From contig CAYLJV010000001.1 of NCBI GenBank assembly GCA_964384105.1, positions 653,482 through 717,481 on the forward strand: a DNA stretch of 64,000 nucleotides, read 5' to 3'. The notes under the pieces are model-generated. The model was not told where the DNA came from, searched no databases, and worked only from the letters and a program-made list of their open reading frames with translations. The DNA comes from Candidatus Hadarchaeota archaeon (GTDB taxonomy: Archaea > Hadarchaeota > Hadarchaeia > Hadarchaeales > JAGGTB01). A program made the position numbers and the translations under genes. Each line of letters opens with the position of its first letter. The first letter of the stretch is position 1. Shown here piece after piece: positions 28,727 through 37,767 of the stretch.

Positions 28727-30049
28727 ATGTCTGATATCATAATCAAAAACGGCTTAATCGTCACTATGGATCCTGAAGGAAGAGTTACAAAGGGGTCAGT
28801 TTCTATTGAGGATGATCGAATAAAGGAGATTGGGGGTACTGGAGAAGAAGCAGATAAAGTCATCAATGCAGAGGGTAAAATAGTGATGCCGGGTCTTGTC
28901 TGCTCATATTCTCGCCCATATAGAGTATTCCTGAAGTCAATTTTACGAAATATAGAGCCGCCCACGGATTTTACACAAATTTTACAGCGTATATGGTGGC
29001 CTCTGGATGAAGTGTTATCTGATGATGATATTCATATTGGTACTTTAGTCTCTTGTTTAAAGTTCATAAAAACTGGAACCACTTTTTTTGTCGGACTTCA
29101 TTCTAGCCAGGAATCTATTGGGAAATCGCTTGATTATGTTGCTTCTGCTATCGAAAAATCAGGAATTAGGGCTCGAATTGCTTACGAATCTTCTGAAAGG
29201 CATACACATGCAGAGGGAGCGAGAGGCATGAAAGAAAACATTAGGTTTCTTGAAAGAAAGAGAAAGTCAGAGGAGTCTCTAGTTGAAGGGCTAGTGGGTT
29301 TAGGCTGCACTTTTACTACTTCCGATGAGTTGCTAAGGCACGGAGAGAGGGTGTCTAATAGATTCGATGTGCCGATGGCCCTATCCGTTTCGGAGGGCAA
29401 AGTAGATCTTTACCATAGTCTTGAGAATTATGGAAAAAGACCCGTTGAGAGACTAAGAGATTTGGGAATCTTAAACTCTAATACAGTTCTTGCTCACTGT
29501 GTGCACTTAAATGATGATGAGATTTCGTTAATTAAAAAAGCTGACTCAAAAGTCGCTCACTGTCCGATGGGCAATATGTTAAACGCTAGTGGAGTAGCAC
29601 CGATTCCGGATATGACCAAGAAGAAGGTTTTGGTCGGTATAGGAAATGATGGTTATATTTTTGATGGTTTTGAAAATATGCGCTTTTCTTGTTTAGTTCA
29701 TAAAGGGGTTTCAAGGGACCCAAGGTCGATTTCATCTATGGATGTGTTAGAAATGGCCACGATAAATGGAGCAAAGTCTTATGGTCTGGAAAAAGAAATA
29801 GGATCTATTGAACCTGGGAAAAAAGCAGATATCATAGTAATAAATCCTCCCTCTATGTTTTCCCATCTAACGCGGGAAAATATAGCAGATTTTATAGTCA
29901 ATAACGTAAGAGGTTGTGACGTGGAAACAATGATTGTTGATGGAAAGATTGTGATGAAAAACCGAAATATAAAAACCCTTAGAGAGGAAACTATAATGAA
30001 AAAATCTGTAAAAGTAACAGAAAAAATTTGGAAAAATTTAGAATTATAG
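28727..30049 (+). CDS. SsnA/MTA-SAH deaminase-like amidohydrolase homolog lacking most metal-binding His
   Basis: VMPGLVCS, GTT, LAHCVH, HCPMGN, GNDG, ATINGA, IGSIEPGKKADI; HxH replaced by YSR. Confidence 0.88.
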   Translation: MSDIIIKNGLIVTMDPEGRVTKGSVSIEDDRIKEIGGTGEEADKVINAEGKIVMPGLVCSYSRPYRVFLKSILRNIEPPTDFTQILQRIWWPLDEVLSDDDIHIGTLVSCLKFIKTGTTFFVGLHSSQESIGKSLDYVASAIEKSGIRARIAYESSERHTHAEGARGMKENIRFLERKRKSEESLVEGLVGLGCTFTTSDELLRHGERVSNRFDVPMALSVSEGKVDLYHSLENYGKRPVERLRDLGILNSNTVLAHCVHLNDDEISLIKKADSKVAHCPMGNMLNASGVAPIPDMTKKKVLVGIGNDGYIFDGFENMRFSCLVHKGVSRDPRSISSMDVLEMATINGAKSYGLEKEIGSIEPGKKADIIVINPPSMFSHLTRENIADFIVNNVRGCDVETMIVDGKIVMKNRNIKTLREETIMKKSVKVTEKIWKNLEL

Positions 30050-30063
30050 AGGTGAAATAAATA

Positions 30064-31152
30064 ATGGTTAATTTAAGTACTGAAATAGCTGGAATAGAGT
30101 TCAGAAATCCAATACTTCCTGCAGCCGGGCCTTTAACAAGAGACGGAGATTCACTTGTAGATGTAGCTAACAACGGTGCTGGCGGACTAGTTTCGAAAAC
30201 GGTAAGTGTGGAACCCGCAAAAATCCCTAGACCAAATCTTGCTAAGGTTGGAAACAGTATAGTAGATGCAGATAGCGGATCGGAAATATCTGTAGAAAAA
30301 TGGATTGAAGATGAATATCCAAAGGCGAAGAGTGTAGGACTTCCCTTAGTAGCTAGTATTGGCTATACTCCTGAAGAAATTGAGGAATTAGCTCCTAGAG
30401 TCGCTGAGGCAGGAGTTGATGCGCTAGAGATTACGAATGGAAATATTGTTAAGGACGTATCTGTTATCCCTGAATCGGTAGAGATTGCAAAAGAACAAGT
30501 GGATATCCCTGTTCTTGTAAAATTAAATCCACAGCTTTTGGAGATAGATGAGATCGCAATAGCTGCCGAAAAAGCAGGCGCTGACGGAATCGTCGCTGTA
30601 AACTCTATCGGTCCGAGTTTGGTTATCGATGTAAACACAGAGAGACCATTAATGGGTAGTGCTAATGGATACGGCTGGCTTTCAGGACCTTCGATAAAGC
30701 CTGTAGCTGTAAGATGTGTCGCAGATATAGCAAGAGCTGTTGATATACCTATTATTGGCTCTGGTGGTATCAATAGTGAGAGAGACGTTGCAGAGTTTTT
30801 AATGGCTGGCGCTTCTGCGGTCCAAATCTGTACGGCTAGTATTACTCGAGGTAAAAAGATTTTTGGCTTGATAGCGGATAACCTCAAGAGGTTTATGGAT
30901 GTAAGAGGCTACGATTCTATTGAGGATATTAGAGGTGTTGCTCTTAGGAATCTGCCCGAAGAACCTTTGAGAACTACTGCGAAACAGCCCTCTTTCTTGA
31001 GTTCAAAATGTACTGGTTGTGGACTTTGTGTAAAGCACTGTCCTTACGACGCCGTTACGATAGTCAGCGGAAAAGCTAGGATAGATTCAACCAAGTGTAC
31101 AGGATGCGGACTCTGTGTTTCAGTGTGTCCCCCGAAAGCTCTCAGATATTAA
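30064..31152 (+). CDS. Dihydroorotate/dihydropyrimidine dehydrogenase (PreA-like) homolog with C-terminal 2x[4Fe-4S] ferredoxin
   Basis: NPILPAAGP, SKTVS, VLVKLNP, GWLSGPSIKP, GSGGI, GASAVQIC; two CTGCGLCVxxCP motifs. Confidence 0.88.
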   Translation: MVNLSTEIAGIEFRNPILPAAGPLTRDGDSLVDVANNGAGGLVSKTVSVEPAKIPRPNLAKVGNSIVDADSGSEISVEKWIEDEYPKAKSVGLPLVASIGYTPEEIEELAPRVAEAGVDALEITNGNIVKDVSVIPESVEIAKEQVDIPVLVKLNPQLLEIDEIAIAAEKAGADGIVAVNSIGPSLVIDVNTERPLMGSANGYGWLSGPSIKPVAVRCVADIARAVDIPIIGSGGINSERDVAEFLMAGASAVQICTASITRGKKIFGLIADNLKRFMDVRGYDSIEDIRGVALRNLPEEPLRTTAKQPSFLSSKCTGCGLCVKHCPYDAVTIVSGKARIDSTKCTGCGLCVSVCPPKALRY

Positions 31153-31205
31153 AAACCGAAGAATTAAATTCTCTGAGAGCTAACTTATTCTTCGGTGGAT
31201 GGATT

Positions 31206-31781
31206 TTGATAATCGAAGCGATTCTAATTGCAATAATTGCTATACTAATAATCTGGATCTACTTTTCAGGTGGGGGAACTCCTAGAACTAGAGAGTTAAC
31301 TAATAAGATTGATAGGTTAGAAAAAGAGAACGAAACTTTGCGGGAAACAAATGAAGCTTTAAGATCTGGATATGGTTATTCTAGCAAAAAAGTCTCTAGG
31401 TCTTTGGATAAAATTGGGTCTATGGTAAGGGATTTAGTTTGCGTGAAAGAAGCCATAAAAGGTTCAAAATCGGCAAGGATGAGACTAGATGAGAAGTATG
31501 GAATTGAGGTCAGTAAACAGTTAGTCAAAAATATTCTTTCATCAGAGCAGACCGTAAACTTTGATTTAAGAAGAAGAGCAGCTCATGAAGTCTTAGTAGG
31601 CAGTATTGGCAGGGATATTCTGAAGGGGCTGGAGAGAGGAAAGAGCTTGGATGATTCCATATCGGATGCGGGTGTCCCACTAAGAATAGGAAGAGAAAGA
31701 GCGAGGTTGCTTAAAGAAGTAGGCTATTTGGATAACCATATGAATCTGACTAACTGGGGATACGAAGTTTTAGAAATGTAG
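31206..31781 (+). CDS. Membrane-anchored coiled-coil protein with C-terminal winged-helix-like motif
   Basis: TTG after GGTGGA; N-terminal TM, heptad segment IDRLEKENETLRETNEAL, C-terminal LLKEVGYLD...LTNWGYEVL. Confidence 0.7.
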   Translation: MIIEAILIAIIAILIIWIYFSGGGTPRTRELTNKIDRLEKENETLRETNEALRSGYGYSSKKVSRSLDKIGSMVRDLVCVKEAIKGSKSARMRLDEKYGIEVSKQLVKNILSSEQTVNFDLRRRAAHEVLVGSIGRDILKGLERGKSLDDSISDAGVPLRIGRERARLLKEVGYLDNHMNLTNWGYEVLEM

Positions 31782-31829
31782 AAATAGAGTAAATATTTCC
31801 AATTCCAACTTTTTAAGACTAACCGATTA

Positions 31830-33257
31830 CTACCAAATTCCTAGTAACTTCCACCAACCTAGTCCAACTGTAATAAACGTTATTACGCTGATAATACTCA
31901 ATACCGCGCCACCTTTTACTAAGTCTTTCACTTTAACGTATCCTGATGAATAGACTATGGCCGCACTTGGGGTAGCTATAGGAAGCATGAAGGCCATTGC
32001 GGACCCCATCGCTATTAAATAAGAGGGTAGCTGTCCGGGATAGCCAAGCTCTATTAGAGTTATCAATGCAATAGGGAGAACTACTACCGTAGCTGCGGAG
32101 TTACTCATTAAGTTTGAAAGAAGGACCACGAGAACAAGTAGCATAACTATAATCAGAAATGAGTTCTGTCCAATAAAACCTATTAGTTGTGTGGTGATAA
32201 AGGAAATCCCTTGTGTATTTCGCAAGGCCTGGCTCAAGGTTATGGCACCCCCATATAGAAAAAGCAGTCCCCATGGCATGTTTTGTTCTATATCTCTCCA
32301 GGTGATTGTTCTAGTTACTACAAGTAAAATGAGTGCACCTACTGCTACTGTAGCAAGGCCAATTTCGGTTCCAAGTACAACCCATAATACGAAGGAAAGT
32401 CCGAAGATTCCCGCAGCTTTCTTTTCCCTCTCGCTTATGCCACCCATATCCGAGACTTCCTCTTTCATTTCGGTTCTCATACGATCTACATCTACTTCTT
32501 CCCAAGGGTAAACTATCCTTAAAACGATGAAAGTTAGTATCATCAAAATTATGGCTATTGGAGCTCCCGCAATAAGCCAATCCACAAAGCTAAGAGATAC
32601 CCCTACGGTGCTTTCTAGTATTCCAATTGCAAGCACGTTACGAGCTCCACCTAAGAGTGTGCCGATGCTTCCTACAGAAGTGGCATAGGTCAATGCTAGG
32701 AAAATAGCAATTCCGAAATTATTTCTCCTGTCTACCCCTCCTGCTTTGACCATACCCATTAAAACAGGTAGAAGTAGGGCAGCAACAGCATGTGCGGGAA
32801 TGGTCATTGCCATAAATCCACCTAATATACAAACGCTGAAGATCATAGAAGATGAACTTTTACCAAATTTTCTGAGGAATAGTAGTGAAATTCGCTTGTG
32901 TAGATTTGTTTTTTGAATTGCGATTCCTAGGGAAAGAGCTCCTATTAAAAAGAAGAGAGCTGGACTACCAAAACCGGTGAAAGCATTACTAGGTTCTAAA
33001 ATTCCGAATATTGGAAGTAACATTGTTCCAAACAAAGCGGTAAGGCCAAGAGGAAAAGTTTCTGTAACCCATAGTATTGTTACGAACGCAAGTATTCCGA
33101 CTGCTCTTTGACCTTCTATTGGAAGGCCTTCAGGATTAGGGAGGAATGAAATAATCATGAGGGTTGCAAAGGCAGTAGCCAGATAGTAGACTCTTCTTAA
33201 ATACTCCGGCCTGGCGATATCCTTGCCTATTAAGTTTTCGTTCTCCCCGGTGGGCAT
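31830..33257 (-). CDS. SLC13/DASS family sodium:dicarboxylate or anion symporter
   Basis: LWVTETFP, TNLHKRI, SVGSIGTLLG..RN, SNLMSNSA, FMLPIATP. Confidence 0.9.
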   Translation of the reverse strand: MPTGENENLIGKDIARPEYLRRVYYLATAFATLMIISFLPNPEGLPIEGQRAVGILAFVTILWVTETFPLGLTALFGTMLLPIFGILEPSNAFTGFGSPALFFLIGALSLGIAIQKTNLHKRISLLFLRKFGKSSSSMIFSVCILGGFMAMTIPAHAVAALLLPVLMGMVKAGGVDRRNNFGIAIFLALTYATSVGSIGTLLGGARNVLAIGILESTVGVSLSFVDWLIAGAPIAIILMILTFIVLRIVYPWEEVDVDRMRTEMKEEVSDMGGISEREKKAAGIFGLSFVLWVVLGTEIGLATVAVGALILLVVTRTITWRDIEQNMPWGLLFLYGGAITLSQALRNTQGISFITTQLIGFIGQNSFLIIVMLLVLVVLLSNLMSNSAATVVVLPIALITLIELGYPGQLPSYLIAMGSAMAFMLPIATPSAAIVYSSGYVKVKDLVKGGAVLSIISVITFITVGLGWWKLLGIW

Positions 33258-33275
33258 GTCCGCACCTTTTCATAG

Positions 33276-33746
33276 TTAATCAGAAACAGTTAAAACTTCA
33301 CAGGCTACTTTGTCACAAAGATATTCTATTTCATCACCTAAGAGTATTTCTGGCATTTTCTCTCTTAGTTTCTCGATTATTACGAGCTCAATTGAGTATT
33401 TCTCTACAGCTTTTAATATTTCTTCAGCGGGGCTCCCGGAGGCATAAAATGGTTTTACGGAGATTCCTTTTTTAGCGGCCACTTTTTTCACATCTTCCGC
33501 ATAGTCCTTTGCAGCGCTTTCCTGCACTTTCTCTTGAGTTTCCTTAAAGGTTTTAATTATCTCGCTTTTTTCTCCCATCTGCCCTGTTCGATATCTTATG
33601 CTTCTAGTGGGGGCTTCATCAAGAATATGTAGGAGAAATATTTCTCCTCCTTTTTCTAGTCTATCTAACGCTTTTTTTTGCGCTTTCTTGGGGAGTTTCC
33701 TACCCAAATAGGGAATTAATACTCTATTTACTTTTCCTTTTTCCAT
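33276..33746 (-). CDS. Universal stress protein (UspA family)
   Basis: RVLIPY, LLHILD, GSPAEEILK, ILLGD...L...ACEVLTV. Confidence 0.8.
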   Translation of the reverse strand: MEKGKVNRVLIPYLGRKLPKKAQKKALDRLEKGGEIFLLHILDEAPTRSIRYRTGQMGEKSEIIKTFKETQEKVQESAAKDYAEDVKKVAAKKGISVKPFYASGSPAEEILKAVEKYSIELVIIEKLREKMPEILLGDEIEYLCDKVACEVLTVSD

Positions 33747-34076
33747 TATATTCGCCAGTAGATATTAGTTGTTTATTTGAGCTTTATAACATGTCTTAAA
33801 AAGTTGATGTTCACCGTTTTAATAGTTTGTTTATGAAGACTAGTACCTCTTGGGAGTTTTCGTCATCTTGTTAATACTGGATATTAGAAGCAAATGTGGA
33901 ATATTCGCTAGAGTGATATCGTCTCGAAAAGCCAGTTTGGATAGAAACTCAGAAAAGGAAAAATTAATGACTATGCTTTCTTCTGAATTTCTTGAATTTG
34001 ATGAGATAAGGTTTGTATCTTATGACTTGACGAATAAATCTAATAAAGAGATCTATAAGACTTCTATTGTGAAACA

Positions 34077-34412
34077 ATGAACGGGGAATGGATCGAAAGG
34101 AAAAATTACAGGAAGAAGATACTTTTCACAGAGGAGGACTTGGAATCAAAAGGGGTGAGGATCCAACTAGTTGAGGTAGATGCTAATAATACTGTCAAGC
34201 CCCATTATCATGAATCCCAGACTGAAGTTTACAATGTACAAAGGGGAAGAGCTATTCTTAGGATCGGTGAAAATAACCACAAGGTTAGCAAAGGCGATAC
34301 GCTGATATGCAAACCAGGAACAGTACACGGGGTCAAGAACAGATCTGATGAAGTTTTTCGCTTGTTAGTTATTAAGACAAATTATGAGGAAAACGATAGT
34401 TATTGGCTATGA
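34077..34412 (+). CDS. Cupin domain protein
   Basis: PHYHESQTEVYNVQRG and GDTLICKPGTVHG cupin motifs. Confidence 0.9.
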   Translation: MNGEWIERKNYRKKILFTEEDLESKGVRIQLVEVDANNTVKPHYHESQTEVYNVQRGRAILRIGENNHKVSKGDTLICKPGTVHGVKNRSDEVFRLLVIKTNYEENDSYWL

Positions 34413-34551
34413 TCCTTGGATTGCTTTGTTTCTTTCTATTCCGTTCATTGTTTTCGGGACTCTCATCAGTTCTTTTATCTTACGATGAGCTAAAAGATAG
34501 AATTTCCATCAGATTTAATGGTTTTGATTGGTATACTGCTATGGTAGAAAA

Positions 34552-34725
34552 ATGCTGGAAGCAGAAAAGATAACTACCATATTTATTGGAATAGTTCTTA
34601 TAGTGGCGGGAATAATGATTCTTGAATACCCTCGCTTTGTTTATTATTGGGTTGCCGGTGCTTTTGTGCTTACGGGAATATCGTATATTCTCCGGGCTGT
34701 TAGGGAGAGCGATAAAGATAGTTAA
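34552..34725 (+). CDS. Small two-TM membrane protein (DUF3096-like)
   Basis: LIVAGIMILEYPRFVYYWVAGAFVLTGI helical hairpin. Confidence 0.65.
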   Translation: MLEAEKITTIFIGIVLIVAGIMILEYPRFVYYWVAGAFVLTGISYILRAVRESDKDS

Positions 34726-34756
34726 TTTTCTAGATATGGGTGCTAATTATCCAGAA

Positions 34757-37597
34757 CTAGTCCCAAAATCGGTGAGTTCTTGCGTAAGTTCTTTCTGCTT
34801 TTAAGATTTCTCGATAGAAGTCTTCTTCTTCCTTATACTGTTTTGCTAAGATTCTTTTAGCAGTGGCAGGACCGATTCCTCTGGCTGACATGGCTATAAT
34901 CGCTTTTTTTCCGTATGTAAGAATGAGATTACCAGCGTCTATTGCTCTTTTTATATTGTTTTCTTCTTTATTTTGGGTTTTAATTTTCTTATTCCTCTTT
35001 TTTAATGAATTGATGAGTTGATTCTTTCTTTTTGGTACCAATGTTAGATAGCTAGCACCACAGTTTTTACATACTGGCTCTTCTGAAATTCGCCTAACCC
35101 TAGTTAGAACTGACCAATCTCGGCAATTCAAGCAAAACACTTTGATTTGGTTATTGCGTAAGCGCTTTTTTAAGACATTGAGAATTTCTCTTTCCGCTCT
35201 TTTAGGTACTACTAATTCACCTGAACTTGCAAGCTCATTTAATATGCTAAGCCCCATTGGGCTGGGCCCTTTCTCTTTCGGCCTAACTATAGCCTCTATT
35301 TTCACTTTTCCTTCTTTTATTAGTTCTATAAATTCTTTTAACCGGGATATGTCAAGTTTCTCCTTTTTTACTTCTTTTTCAGTTTCCGTCCAAATCGGAG
35401 TGCCCCGAAAAGACTCGGCTATATTTCTCCAATTCAATTCAGAAAAATCTGCGTCTTTTTCAACAGCTCCAAACCTCTTAGCCACATGAAGAAGTCTCCA
35501 TCGAAAAACAGAACTCTTTTCTAATATTTTTTCTATAAGGGGGTCTATATATTTTGATTCTAGTTCGTTCAGGGTTTTTTCGACTACTTCATTATCTTTT
35601 TTATTTGGCAAACGAAAAGCGATTCTGTATGGGTCACTTTTTACTCCGACACTTGTCCCCAGTCTTGTGGAAATAAGAGCAGATAGGATCTGCCCAAATG
35701 TTTTGTTTACTTTCGTGCCTAACGATGAATGTAAGACGACGAAATTTTCGTACTTTTCGATAACTAGTCGTTCATCATTTGGAACTGAGGCTTCATTAAA
35801 TTGATTTCTAACGTATCGGATGAACCATTCTGATGCATTTTGGTCTATGGGATATTTTTTTCTTAGCTCCTTTACAATGGCATTGTCATCCATTTCTTCA
35901 ATTAGGAATTTTTCTATTTTCTTTCTTGACTTGGCTACTTCATTAGCAATTTTAAATGGGACGGGTATTAGTTCCCCTTCCCAAGCAGGGATTGCCCCGT
36001 AGGGGTCGTTTATCGGCTCCACTTTTACTTTATCCTCTTCTAATTCAAGGACGCGCCAAGCCTCTCCCTTGCATATGAATGTGATACCAGGCTCTGCGTT
36101 CCCCACAACAAATTCCTCATCCAGTGTTCCAATTGATTCTCCTGAAACAAGATTTTGTATATGGTACTGCTTTGTATCGGGTATCATAGAAAGGTTTGTA
36201 TAATAATATTTCCAGGATTTTTTACCTCTACTGAATTTGTTTTTATCTCTCCAAATCAACCTTTGTCGTAAAAGTTGTTTTAGAACCTCTGAGAACTCTT
36301 CTCTCAATAGTTTTCTGTAAGGGTAAGCTCTTTTTACTAATTCTAGAGTTTCTTGAGGATCTTTGACCCCATCAAGTGCGGTTCCTATTATCTGATGAGC
36401 TAATATATCAAGTGAATTCCTGTAAATCTCCGTTGGCTCAAGTTCGTTTCTTAATGTGTGTCTAGAAATCACTCCCGCTTCAATTACATCTTCTGGGTCG
36501 GTTGCAAGAATTGTCCCTTTGGAAGTCGCCCCTATCTCATGTCCACTTCTGCCCACTCTTTGGACTAACCTGGAAACTTGGCGAGGGGAACTGTATTGAA
36601 TCGTAAGATCAACGTTCCCTATATCTACTCCTAGTTCCATGGAAGAGGTACAGATCAATGATTTTAAATTTGATTCTCTAAAATCATCCTCTGCAGCAAT
36701 CCTAGATTCTTTGGACAATGATCCGTGGTGAACATCAACGGGGAGGTCGGGGGCCCAAAGCTTTAAACGGGAACCTAAAGTTTCAGAGGCCTCTCGTGTG
36801 TTCACGAAAGTAAGAGCGGATTTGTGCTCATTGATTAATTCTTTAATTCGGCGAAGTCTCGCAATCAGAGTAGGTGGGGCGTTGAGTTCATCTGATAGTT
36901 CTGCGTCCTTCTTATCAGGCATAGGACTTTCCACATTAATAGACAAGTCTTTTGTGGAGTAGGTGTCTATTATTTCGATATTTCTGTGAGTTCCGGCTAG
37001 AAACTTTCCAACTTCTTCTGAGTCACCAACAGTTGCAGACAACCCGATCCTTTGAAAATCCCCTGAAAGTCTAACTAGTCTTTCTAGCCCTATTGAAAGC
37101 TGTGTCCCACGTTTGCTCTCGGCTAATTCATGAACTTCGTCGACTATTACCCATTTTACGGATTTTAAGTGCTCTTTCATTCGACTGCCTGGTAAGATTG
37201 CCTGTAATGTTTCCGGAGTGGTAATTAGCATGTCAGGGGGTTCGAGTGCTTGTTTTCTCCTTTGATACTTGGATGTATCACCGTGCCTGACCTGAATACT
37301 TATTTCCAAAATGGACTGCCACCTCTTAAGCCTGTTGAGCATGTCTCTATTCAGTGCTCGCAGAGGTGCGATGTAAATAATTTTTATTCCTTTTTCCCTG
37401 CCTGTTTTCAGATAGTTGCTAAACACAGGGAGTAAAGCCGCTTCGGTCTTTCCAGTCCCAGTTGGAGCTATTAGAAGTGAATTTTCTCCGTTTAGTACCT
37501 TTTCTATGGCTTTTTTCTGTATAGGGCTGGGTTTTTTGAATCCAAATGACTTTATAGTTCCTCTAACCTTTTTATTTAGTTTCTCGAATGCATTCAT
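34757..37597 (-). CDS. lhr: Lhr-family SF2 helicase with C-terminal Cys-rich motif
   Basis: APTGTGKTEAA, RHGDT, TTPETL, DEVHE, HHGSLS, QRVGRSGH, IPAWEGE, CLNC...CKNC. Confidence 0.93.
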   Translation of the reverse strand: MNAFEKLNKKVRGTIKSFGFKKPSPIQKKAIEKVLNGENSLLIAPTGTGKTEAALLPVFSNYLKTGREKGIKIIYIAPLRALNRDMLNRLKRWQSILEISIQVRHGDTSKYQRRKQALEPPDMLITTPETLQAILPGSRMKEHLKSVKWVIVDEVHELAESKRGTQLSIGLERLVRLSGDFQRIGLSATVGDSEEVGKFLAGTHRNIEIIDTYSTKDLSINVESPMPDKKDAELSDELNAPPTLIARLRRIKELINEHKSALTFVNTREASETLGSRLKLWAPDLPVDVHHGSLSKESRIAAEDDFRESNLKSLICTSSMELGVDIGNVDLTIQYSSPRQVSRLVQRVGRSGHEIGATSKGTILATDPEDVIEAGVISRHTLRNELEPTEIYRNSLDILAHQIIGTALDGVKDPQETLELVKRAYPYRKLLREEFSEVLKQLLRQRLIWRDKNKFSRGKKSWKYYYTNLSMIPDTKQYHIQNLVSGESIGTLDEEFVVGNAEPGITFICKGEAWRVLELEEDKVKVEPINDPYGAIPAWEGELIPVPFKIANEVAKSRKKIEKFLIEEMDDNAIVKELRKKYPIDQNASEWFIRYVRNQFNEASVPNDERLVIEKYENFVVLHSSLGTKVNKTFGQILSALISTRLGTSVGVKSDPYRIAFRLPNKKDNEVVEKTLNELESKYIDPLIEKILEKSSVFRWRLLHVAKRFGAVEKDADFSELNWRNIAESFRGTPIWTETEKEVKKEKLDISRLKEFIELIKEGKVKIEAIVRPKEKGPSPMGLSILNELASSGELVVPKRAEREILNVLKKRLRNNQIKVFCLNCRDWSVLTRVRRISEEPVCKNCGASYLTLVPKRKNQLINSLKKRNKKIKTQNKEENNIKRAIDAGNLILTYGKKAIIAMSARGIGPATAKRILAKQYKEEEDFYREILKAERTYARTHRFWD

Positions 37598-37767
37598 TTT
37601 TTCTCCTAATTTTTAGTCTCTACGAATTCAAGTGGTTCTTTAAAAGTTAATTATTAATTATTGGTTATCATATGAGATTGGAGAGTTGATTTCCGAAAAC
37701 GTTTTTTAACACTTGTCGAGTATCTATTATAGTATAGTGAATTGGAAGTTTATATACCGGTGTTGAT

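Noticed and set aside
31095-31205. N-terminal extension of the 228-aa ORF in the track
   Set aside because: Overlaps the ferredoxin end of the upstream gene; TTG at 31206 with an SD gives a clean N-terminal TM
33850-34080. 76-aa ORF upstream of the cupin gene
   Set aside because: No SD or recognisable motif and it spans the probable promoter region; the ATGA overlap alone is insufficient
34409-34573. 54-codon ORF overlapping the cupin stop (MILGLLCFF...)
   Set aside because: No SD, no motif, and it overlaps the better-supported small membrane gene
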